DNA from: the human T2T-CHM13v2.0 reference genome, Homo sapiens | Length of the DNA stretch: 64,000 nucleotides | Reading direction: 5' to 3' (one strand) | Assembly (NCBI RefSeq): GCF_009914755.1 | Contig: NC_060928.1 | Shown: positions 45,673 through 56,477 of the stretch, piece by piece | Layout: the number at the start of each line of letters is the position of its first letter | Numbering within the stretch: the first letter of the stretch is position 1 | Made by a program: the position numbers and the translations under genes | Notes under the pieces: generated by a model | The model's database searches: none | The model's input: only the letters and a program-made list of their open reading frames with translations | Told to the model about the DNA's origin: nothing

Positions 45673-47387
45673 ATGGGGCAAACTGAAAGTAAATATGCTT
45701 CTTATCTCAGCTTCATTAAAATTCTCTTAAGAAGAGGGGGAGTTAAAGCTTCTACAGAAAATCTAGTTACGCTATTTCAAGCAATAGAACAATTCTGCCC
45801 ATGGTTTCCAGAACAGGGAATTTTAGATTTAAATGATGGGGAAAAAATTGGCAAAGAACTACAACAAGCAACTAGGGAAGGTAAGATCATCCCACTTACA
45901 GCATGGAATGATTGGGCCATTATTAAAGCAATTTTAGAACAATTTCAAATAGAAGAAGATGGCGTTTCAGTCTTTGATGCCCCTGAAAGCTGTGTAATAG
46001 ATTGTGAAGAAGAGGCAGGAACAGACTTTAAGAAAGGAATGGAAAGTACACATTGTAAAAATGCAGTAGAGCCTGTAATGGTTCGGTCAATGCAAAATGT
46101 TGACTATAATCAATTACAGGAGGTAATGTATCCTGAATCATCAAAATTGGGAGAAGGAGTTCCAGAATTATTTGGGCCATCAGAGTTTAGACCAAGATGG
46201 CCACCAACCCCTTCTCCCGCGGTTCAGATGCCTGTGATGTCACAATCTCAAATGCCAATCCAGGCACAGTATCCGCAATACCAGCCAGTAGAAAATAAAC
46301 CCAACCATCGGTAGTTTATCAACACCAGCCGCCAGCCGAATTTCAGTATCGGCCATCTCCAGAGGTTCAGTATGGATCTCAGGAGGTGCGTCCTGTGCCA
46401 AATAGCAAGGCACTATATCAACAACCCACGGCGATGGCGTTTGATCTTACAGTACCACCTAGTGGACAAGATAGTGCACTGCATGAGACCATTGCTACAG
46501 CCAGAAAACAGGGAGATCTTGAGGCATGGCAATATCTGGTAATGTTACAACCGATGCCGGCCGGGAAAGGGAGTCAAGCAGGAGCGTCTGTCTGAACTGA
46601 GACCAGATATGAATCTTTCACCACAAAAATGTTAAAAGATATGAAGGAAGGAGTTAAACAATATGGACCTAACTCTCCTTATATGAGAACATTATTAGAT
46701 TCCATTGCTCATGGAAATAGACTTATTCCTTATAATTGGGAAATTTTGGCTAAATCTTCCCTTTCACCCTCTCAGTATCTACAGTTTAAAACCTGGTGGA
46801 TTGATGGGGTACATGAACAGGTATGAAAAAATCAGGCTACTAATCCTGTTGCTTATATAGATGCAGACCAATTACCAGGAACAGGTCCAAATTGGGGCAC
46901 TATTAACCAACAATCAGTAATGCAAAATGAGGCTACTGAACAACTAAGGGCTATTTGCCTCAGGGCCTGGGAAAAGATTCAGGACCCAGGAACCTCCTGC
47001 TCTGCTTTTAGTTCAATCAGATAAGGCTCTAAAGATCCATATCCAGACTTTGTGGCAAGGTTGCAAGATGCAGCTCAAAAATCCATTGCAGATAATAACG
47101 CCCGAAAAGTTATTGTAGAAATAATAGCTTATCAAAATGAAAATCCAGAATGTCAATCGGCCATAAAGCCATTAAGAGGAAAGGTTTCAGCAGGAGTTGA
47201 TGTAATTACAGAATATGTGAAGGCTTGTGATGGGATTGGAGGAGCTATGCGTAAGGCAATGTTATTGGCTCAAGCAATTACAGGGGTTGCTTTAGGAGGA
47301 CAAGTTAAAACATTTGGGGAAAAATGTTATAATTGTGGTCAAATCGGACATCTAAAAAAGAATTGCCTAGGCTTAAATAAACAGAGC

Positions 47388-47419
<32 letters not shown>

Positions 47420-47689
47420 CCTGGCCTGTGTCCAAGATGTGGAAAAGGAAAATATTGGGCTAAGGAATGTCTTTCTAAATTTGATGAAATTGGACAGCCA
47501 TTGTCGGGAAATGGGAAGAGGGGCCAGCCCCAGGCCCCGCAACAAAGTGGGGCATTCCCGATTCAGCCATTTGTTCCTCAGGGTTTTCAGGGACAACAAC
47601 CCCCACAGTAAATACCACCATTTCAGGAAATCAGCCAATTACAACAATACAACAACTATCCCCTGCCACAGCAGGCAGCGCTGCAGTAG
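45673..47689 (+). pseudogene. gag: HERV-K gag, disrupted
   Basis: MGQTESKYASYLSFIKILL matrix, capsid MLKDMKEGVKQYGPNSPYMRTLL and NC CYNCGQIGHLKKNC. Several stops and frameshifts, plus an A26 run. Confidence 0.95.
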
Positions 47690-48495
47690 ATTTATGTTCT
47701 GCTCAAATGATTTCTTTACTCCCTGGAGAGCCTCCGCAAAAGATTCCTACAGGGGTATATGGCCCACTGCCAGAAGGGATGGTAGGCCTTATTTTAGGAA
47801 GATCTAGTCTAAATTTGAAAGGAGTTCAAATTTATACTGGGGTAATTGACTCAGATTATAAAGGGGAAATTCAGTTAGTGATCAGCTCTACTGTTCCCTG
47901 GAGTGCCAATCCAGGTGATAGAATTGCTCAATTACTGCTCTTGCCTTATATTAAAATTGGGGATAACAAAACAGAAAGAACAGGAGGGTTTGGAAGTACC
48001 AACCCTGCTGGAAAAGCTGTTTATTGGGCTAGTCAGCTCTCAGAGAATAGACCTGTGTGTACAGTTACTATTCAGGGAAAACAGTTTGAAGGATTAGTGG
48101 ATACTGGGGCTGATGTTTCTCTCATTGCCTTAAATCAATGACCAAAAAATCAGCCTAAACAAAAGCCTGTTACAGGACTTGTTGGTGTGGGCACTGCCTC
48201 AGAAGTGTATCAAAGTGCCAGGATTTTACATCGTCTAGGACCTGATAATCAAGAGAGTACAGTTCAGCCTATGATTACTTCTATTCCAATTAATTTATGG
48301 GGCCAAGACTTATTAGAACAGTGGCATGCAGAGATTACCATTCCAGTCTCTCTATACAGCCCCACGAGTCAAAAAATCATGACTAAAATGGGATATCTCC
48401 CTGGCAAAGGACTAGGCAAAAATGGAGAAGGCATTAAAGTTCCAATTGAGGCTAAGGGAAATCCAGAAAGAAAAGGACTAAGGTATCCTTCTTAA
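47490..48495 (+). pseudogene. pro: HERV-K pro (dUTPase + protease + G-patch), disrupted; start approximate
   Basis: dUTPase motifs GRSS, GVIDSDYKGEI, RIAQL and RTGGFGST; protease LVDTGAD; TGA at 48139-48141; G-patch [12 protein letters not shown]. Confidence 0.93.
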
Positions 48496-51321
48496 GGGTG
48501 GCCACTGTAGAGCCTCCAAAACCCATTCCATCAACTTGGAAAACAGAAAAGCCTATAAAGGTAAATCAGTGGCCACTACCAAAACAAAAGCTGGAAGCCT
48601 TACACTTACTGGCAAAAGAACAATTGGAAAAGGGACATATTGAGCCTTCATTTTCGCCTTGGAATTCTCCTGTGTTTGTAATTCAGAAAAAAACAGGCAG
48701 ATGACACATGCTAACTGATTTAAGAGCCGCTAATGCAGTAATTCAACCCATGGGGCCTCTCCAACTTGGGCTGCCCTCTCCAGCCATGATCCCCAAATAT
48801 TGGCCTTTAATTATAACTGATCTGAAGGATTGCTTTTTTACCATTCCTCTGGCAAAACAGGATTTTGAAAAATTTGCTTTTACTATACCAGCCAGAAATA
48901 ATAAAGAACCAGCCACCAGATTTCACTGGAAAGTGTTGTCTCAGGGAATGCTTAATAGTCCAACTATGTGTCAGACTTTTGTAGTTCAAGTTCTTCAACC
49001 AGTTAGAGACAAGTTTTCAGACTGTTATATCATTCATTATGTTGATGATATTTTGTGTGCTGCAGAAATAAGAGACAAATTAATTGACGGTTACACATTT
49101 CTGCAGACAGAGGTTGCAAATGCAGGCCTGACAATAGCATCTGATAAGATTCAGACCTCCACTCGTTTTCATTATTTGGGAATGCAGGTAGAGGAGAGAA
49201 AAATTAAACCACAAAAAGTAGAAGTAAGAAAAGACACATTAAGAACATTAAATGACTTTCAAAAATTGCTAGGAGATATTAATTGGATTTGGCCAACTCT
49301 AGGCATCCGTACTTATGCCATGTCAACTTTGTTCTCTATCTTGAGAGGGGATCCAGACTTAAATAGTAAAAGAACATTAACTCCAGGGGCAACTAAAGAA
49401 ATAGAATTAGTTTAAGAAAAAATTCAGTCAGCACAAGTAAATAGATCACTTAGCCCCACTCCAACTTTTAATTTTTGCTACTGCACATTCTCCAACAGGC
49501 ATTATGGTTCAAAATACAGATCTAGTGGAGTTGTCATTCCTTCCTCACAGTACGGTTAAGACTTTTACATTGTACTTAGATCAAATGGGTACATTAATTG
49601 GTCAGGCAAGACTACGAATAGTAAAATTGTGTGGAAATGACCCAGATAAAATCATTGTTCCTTTAAATAAGGAACAGGTTAGAGAAGCCTTTATCAATTC
49701 TGGCGCACGGAAGATTAGTATTGCTGATTTTGTGGGAATTATTGACAATCATTACCCAAAAGCAAAAATCTTCCAGTTTTTGAAATTGACTACTTGGATT
49801 TTACCTAAAATTACCAGACAAAAACCTCCAGGAAATGCTCTGACGGTGTTTACTGATGGTTCCAGCAATGGAAAAGCAGCTTACACTGGGCCAAAAGAAC
49901 GAGTCACTGAAACTCAATATCACTCAGCTCAAAGAGCAGAATTGGTTGCTGTCATTTCAGTGTTACAAGATTTTAATCAGCCTATTAACATTGTTTCAGA
50001 TTCTGCATATGTAGTACAGGCTACAAAGGATGTTGAGACAGCCCTAATCAAATATAGTGTGGATGATCAGTTAAATCAGCTGTTTAAATTGTTACAACAA
50101 ACTGTTAGAAAAAGAAGTTTCCCATTTTATATTACTCATATTCGAGCACATACTAATGTACCAGGGACTTTAACTAAGGCAAATGAACAAGCTGACTTGC
50201 TAGTATCATCTGCCTTCATGGAAGCACAAGAACTTCAGGCCCTGACTCATGTAAATGCAACAGGATTAAAAAACAAATTTGATATCACATGGAAACAAGC
50301 AAAAAATATTGTACAACATTGTGCTCAGTGTCAAGTCTTACACCTGCCCACTCAAGAGGCAGGAGTTAATCCTAGAGGTTTATGTCCTGACGCATTATGG
50401 CAAATGGACATCACACATGTGCCTTCATTTGGAAAACTGTCATTTGTCCATGTGACAGTTGATACTTATTCACATTTCATATGGGCAACCTGCCAGACAG
50501 GAGAAAGTACTTCCCATGTTAAAAGACATTTATTATCTTGTTTTGCAGTCATGGGAGTTCCAGAAAAAATTAAAACAGATAATAGGCCAGGATACTGTAG
50601 TAAAGCATTTCGAAAATTCTTAAATCAGTGGAAAATTACACATACAACAGGAATCCTTTGTAATTCCCAAGGACGGGCCATAATTGAAAGAACTAATAGA
50701 ACACTCAAAGCTCAATTGGTTAAACAAAAAAAGGAAAAAGACAGTAAGGAGTATAACACTCCCCAGATGCAACTTAATCTAGCACGATATACTTTAAATG
50801 TTTTAAATATATATAGAAATCAGACCACTACTTCTGCAGAATAACATTTTACTGGTAAAAAGAACAGCCCACATGAGGGAAAACTGATTTGGTGGAAAGA
50901 CAACAAGAACAAAACTTGGGAAATAGGTAAGGTGATGACATGGGGGAGAGGTTTTGCTTGTGTTTCGCCAGGAGAAAATCAGCTTCCTGTTTGGGTACCC
51001 ACTAGACATGTGAAGTTCTACAATGAACCCATCAGAGATGCAAGGGAAGGCACCTCCGCAGAGACAGAGAACCCGCAATCGAACATCATTGACTCGCAGG
51101 GTGAACAAAATGGTGATATCAGAAGAACAGATGAAGTTGCCATCCACCAAGAAAGCGGGGCCGCCGACCTGGGCCCAGCTAAAGAAGCTGACACAGTTAG
51201 CTGAAAAAAGCCTGGAAAACACAAGGGTAACACAAACTCCAGAGAATAAGCTGCTTGCAGCTTTAATGATTGTATCAACGGTGGTAAGTCTCCCTATGTC
51301 TGCAGGAGCTGCTACAGCTAA
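48456..51321 (+). pseudogene. pol: HERV-K pol (RT, RNase H, integrase), disrupted; ends approximate
   Basis: [20 protein letters not shown], RNase H FTDGS, integrase HHCC and WQMD/KTDN/IIER. Several stops. Confidence 0.95.
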
Positions 51322-53133
51322 CTATACTTACTGGGCCTATGTGCCTTTCCCACCCTTAATTCGGGCAGTCACTTGGATAGATAATCCTATTGAAGTATAT
51401 GTTAATAACAGTGCATGGGTACCAGGACCCACAGATGACCGTGGCCCTGCCCAACCTGAAGAAGAAGGAATGATGATAAACATTTCCATTGGGTATCATT
51501 ATCCTTCTATTTGCCTGGGAAAAACACCAGGATGCTTAATGCCTACAATCCAAAATTGGTTGGTAGAAGAACCTACTGTCAGTGCCACCAGTAAATTTAC
51601 TTATCATATGATAAGTGGAATGTCACTTGGGTCACAAATGAATAATTTACAGAATTCTTCCTATCAAAGATCATTAAAATTTAGGCCTAAATGGAAACCA
51701 TGCCAGAAGGAAATTCCAGAAGAATCAAAAGACCCAGAAGTCTTAGTTTGGGAAGAATGTGTGGCTGATACTGCAGTGGTACTACAAAACAATAAATTCA
51801 GAATTATTATAGACTGGGCCCCTCGAGGCCAATTATATTATGACTGTATGGGCCAGACCCACTCATGTTCACAGGCTCCATCTGTCTGGCCCACTAATCT
51901 GGCCTACGATGGTGACTTAACTAAAAGGCTAGACCAGGTTTATAGAAGGCTAGAATCACCCTATTCATGGAAATGGGGTGAAAAGGGGATTCCATCACCC
52001 CGACCAAAGTTAGTTAGTCCTGTTGTTGGTCCTGAACACCCAGAATTATGAAAGCTCACTGTGGCCTCGTACCACATTAGAATTTGGTCTGGAAATCAAG
52101 TTATGGGAACAAGAAATCATAAGCCATATTATACTACTAACCTAAATTCCAATCTGACAATTCCTTTGCAAAGTTGTGTAAAACCCCCTTATATGCTAGT
52201 TGTAGGAAACATAGCTATTAAACCAGATTCCCAAACTATAAGCTGTGAAAATTGTAGATTGTTTACTTGCATTGATTCAACTTTTGACTGACAGCATGGT
52301 ATTCTGTTAGTAAGGGCAAGAGAAGGCGTGTGGATCCCTGTGTCCATGGGTCGACGGTGGGAGGCTTCTCCATCCGTACATATCTTAACAGAAGTAGTAA
52401 AAGGAGTTCTAACTAGATCTAAAAGATTCATTTTTACTCTGATTGCAGTGATTATGGGTCTTATTGCAGTCACAGCTACTGCTGCGGCTGCTGGAATTGC
52501 TTTACACTCCTCTGTTCAAACTGCAGAATATGTGAATAATTGGCAAAAGAATTCCTCAAAATTGTGGAATTCTCAGACTCAAATAGATCAAAAATTGGCA
52601 AATCAAATTAATGATCTTAGACAAACTGTTATTTGGATAAGAGATAGGCTCATGAGCTTGGAATATCTTTTTCAGTTACAGTGTGACTGGAATACGTCAG
52701 ATTTTTGTATTAGACCTCGAGCCTATAATGAATCTGAACATCACTGGGACATGGTTAGATGCCATCTACAAGGAAGAGAAGATAATCTTACCTTAGATAT
52801 TTCTAAATTGAAAGAACAAATTTTTGAAACCTCAAAAGCCCAGTTAAATCTGGTGCCAGAAACTGAGGCAATGGTAAAAGCTGTTGACAGCCTCACAAAT
52901 CTTAACCCTATCACTTGGGTTAAAACCATTGGAAATTCCACTATTGCAAATTTTGTATTAATTCTTGTATGTCTGTCCTCTCTATTGTTAGTCTACAGAG
53001 GTATATCCAGCAGCTCCGGAGAGACAGCGACCAGCGAGAATGGGCCATGATGACGATGGCGGTTTTGTCAAAAAGAAAAGGGGGAAATGCAGGGAAAAGA
53101 AAGAGAGATCAGACTGTCACAGTGTCTATGTAG
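51023..53133 (+). pseudogene. env: HERV-K env (type 2), interrupted
   Basis: MNPSEMQ signal peptide, SU, RSKR furin site, fusion peptide, [12 protein letters not shown] and CDWNTSDFC. In-frame TGA at 52049-52051 and 52289-52291, and a +2 insertion near 52999. Confidence 0.95.
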
Positions 53134-53198
53134 AAAAGGAAGACATAAGAGTCTCCATTTTGAAAAAGACGTGTACTTTAAACAATTGCTTTGCTTAG
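51023..53198 (+). CDS. Predicted spliced rec-type ORF (exons 51023-51283 and 52992-53198), 155 aa, with an Np9-frame C-terminus; expression unknown
   Basis: Intact rec donor GTG|GTAAGT and acceptor TTGTTAG|TCT. The joined frame is open by manual translation. Confidence 0.4.
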
Positions 53199-54114
53199 AT
53201 ATTGTTAATTTGTAGCCTTGCCCCAGCCACTTTGCTCCAGCCACTTTGACCCAACTTGAAACTCACAAAAACATGTGTTGTATAAAATCAAGGTTTAAGG
53301 GATCTAGGGCTGTGCAGGAAGTGCCTTGTTAACAAAATGTTTACAAGCAGTATACTTGGTAAAAGTCATCGCCATTCTCTAGTCTCAACAAACCAAGGGC
53401 ACAATGTACTGTGGAAAGCCAGAGGGACCTCTGCCCTTGAGAGCAGGGTATTGTCCAAGGTTTCTCCCCATGTGATAGTCTGAAATATGGCCTCATGGGA
53501 TGAGAAAGACCTGACTGTCCCCCAGCCCGATACCTGTAAAGGGTCTGTGCTGAGGTGGATTAGTAAAAGAGGAAAGCCTCTTGCAGTTGAGATGGAGGAA
53601 GGCCACTGTCTCCTGCTTGCCCCTGGGAACTGAATGTCTCGCTGTAAAGCCCGATTGTACATTTGTTCAACTCTGAGATAGGAGAAAAGCTGCCCTGTGG
53701 CGGGAGGCAAGACAAGTTTGCAGCAATGCTGCCATGTTCTTTACTCCACTGAGATGTTTGGGTGGAGAGAAGCATGAATCTGGCCTACATGCACGTCCAG
53801 GCATAGTACCTTCCCTTGAAATTAATTATGATATAGATTCTTTTGCTCACATATTTCTTGTTGATCTTCTCCTTATTATCACCCTGCTCTCCTACTACAT
53901 TTCTTTTTGCTGAAATAATGAAAATCATAATCAATAAAAACTGAGGGAACTCAGAGGCCGGTGCCAGTGCACGTCCTTTATGTGCTGAGTGTCTGTCCCC
54001 TGGAACCACTGTTGTTTCTCTATACTTTGACTCTGTGTCTTATTTCTTTTCTCTGTCTCTCATCCCACCCGACTAGAAATACCCACAGGGGTGGAGGGGC
54101 AGGCCACCCCTTCA
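53088..54114 (+). repeat. HERV-K 3' LTR
   Basis: Follows the polypurine tract AAAAGAAAAGGGGGAAA (53071-53087) and is a direct repeat of the 5' LTR. Confidence 0.95.
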
Positions 54115-54211
54115 ATTTGGTGACACATAGCCTGTGCCCTCAAAGAACACTGACACCCCGGTAACATCCATTCAAAGAGTTTCTCTGTACCTCCCCTCCT
54201 TTATCCCCAAG

Positions 54212-54359
54212 GTCACTGGGTCAGAGCTCACGGAGTCATTCACAACATGATGTTTAACACCGAGACGCTCTGGAATTACTCCTTCAAGACGACTCAGAAG
54301 AAGACCCATTGCTGAGACAATCATGTTCTCTCTCTCTCTGGATCACCACCCAGAGACAA
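54212..54359 (+). pseudogene. ENPP7-like pseudogene exon 2
   Basis: Pyrimidine tract and AG at 54210-54211. Phase-1 entry completes the Gly from exon 1. Reads HWVRAHGVIHNMMFNTETLWNYSFKTTQKKTHC*DNHVLSL, then a +2 frameshift in a CT run, then WITTQRQ. ENPP7 reads KYIENHGVVHNMYYN...WWDNGSVPIWITAQRQ. TGA at 54313-54315; the expected GT donor reads GG at 54360-54361. Confidence 0.88.
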
Positions 54360-55216
54360 GGACTGCCAGAGACCCTGGCTTCCACAGCTGCTGCCTCTCA
54401 TTCCTGCACCTGTGGGATGAGAGTTCGAAGCTGTGTGACCTTGACCAAGTTACTTACCCTCTCTAAGCATATGTTTCCCTAAATGTGAAATAGGGATGAT
54501 GGTGATGTGTTTATTTCACAGATTTGATAGAAGGATTAAATGAGAGATGCATCAAAAGCAGTAGGCACAGGGTCAATGCTCAGTGAGCTTTCTCTTTTCT
54601 TATCAATAGACAGGTCTCCATGAGGACAGAAACTGGCTTCATCTCGACTGTAGCCTCAGGGTTGGCCACAGTGTCTGCACCCAGCAGGACTTCAGTAAAT
54701 ATCTGTTTATACACTAACCACAGACTTAGGCATAAAAGCCCTTTGGAAAAAAGTTGACCATTTCATGCACCTTCAGACTATGAAGAGCAGTGATGACAAC
54801 TTTAGCTTGAGAGGCTCTCAGTGCCCATTCATCACCGCTGTGAAAAGGCAGAAACCAGAGCTGTGTGTTTAACTCCCAGGCCCAAAATCTGTTGGCCTTG
54901 CTTTATCACTATGAACTTCCAATGCCATCCCTTTAGAATGCGACCTCTCTCTTCTTCCCCAAGGCACTAGCCTTCACCCCAGACCTATCCTTATTAGCTG
55001 GTGCCTCCTCTCTGTACTCTGAGCCCATGCTGTGCTTGTCAGATAGCAACATGGGAGAATACAGCAGCCCAGAATGCAGGCTGCAGAGTTAGATCCCCAG
55101 AACAGGATCTCAGCCGGCTCCATCCTTCCTTAGCTGGGCGACCGTGGCCATTGACTTGCTCTCTGTGCCTGAGTTGCTCCATCTGTGAAATGATGATTAT
55201 CATAGTCCCTGCTTCA

Positions 55217-55622
<406 letters not shown>

Positions 55623-55675
55623 TCAGCGCTTCTTTGGCTGATCAGTACCCTCCAAGCCAGTGTTATCCAATAGAC

Positions 55676-56184
55676 CAGAGGTCCCCATCCCCCAGACCAC
55701 AGACCAGTAGCGGTCTGTGGCCTGTTAGGAACTGGGCTGCACAGAAGGAGGTGAGCAGTGGACTAGTGAGTGAAGCTTCATCTGTATTTACAGCAGCTCC
55801 TCATGGCTAGCGTTACTGCCTGAGCTCTGTCTCCTGTCAGATCAGCAGTGGCATTAGATTCTGATAGGAGCACCAACCCTATTATAAACTGCATGTGGAA
55901 GTGATCTAGGTTGTGTGCTCCTTATGAGAATCTAATGCCTGATGATCTGTCACTGTTTCCCACCACCTAGAGATGGAATTATCCAGTTGCAGGAAAACAA
56001 GTGCAGGGCTCCCACTGATTCTACATTGTGGTGAGTTGTATAAGGATTTCATTATATATTATAATGTTAATAACAATAGAAATAAAGTACACAATAAATG
56101 TAATGCACTTGAATCATCCTGAAATTTCCCCCCACAAATACATGGAAACTGGTCCTTGGTGCTAAAAAAAATTGGGGACCACTG
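55676..56184 (+). mobile_element. MER1A (hAT-Charlie) nested in a MER3-like element (~55658-56718)
   Basis: TIRs CAGAGGTCCCCA...TGGGGACCACTG and an 8-bp TSD CAATAGAC/CACTAGAC. The flanks join as MER3-like sequence, further split by an antisense Alu (56351-56648). Confidence 0.85.
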
Positions 56185-56350
56185 CACTAGACTATTCAGT
56201 CACGGTCCAATCAAACATTCTGCAATGGCGGGCTTGCTCTACTCTGCACTGTCCAACATGGGAGCTGCTAGCCACCCACATGGGCTGTTGAGCCCTTGAA
56301 ATGTGGCTAGTGAGAATGAAGAGCTGAAATTTCAATTTTCTCTTAACTAA

Positions 56351-56477
<127 letters not shown>

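Larger units (their letters stand above)
44510..54114 (+). mobile_element. Full-length HERV-K(HML-2) provirus, type 2, old (LTR5A/5B-like), defective
   Basis: LTR-gag-pro-pol-env-LTR over 9.6 kb. TSD ATTTG at 44505-44509 and 54115-54119. The env leader segment deleted in type 1 proviruses is present. LTRs are ~1020 bp, longer than LTR5Hs. Confidence 0.97.

Noticed and set aside
45673-47689. HERV-K(OLD) 96-bp longer gag
   Set aside because: The gag span is about 2.0 kb including the A-run, close to canonical HML-2, so the extra 96 bp is not supported without an alignment.
48139-52291. APOBEC3 hypermutation of the HERV-K (four Trp codons changed to TGA in pro, pol and env)
   Set aside because: APOBEC3G would give TGG to TAG. 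Three of the four mutated G bases are followed by C and most Trp codons survive, which fits ordinary transitions.
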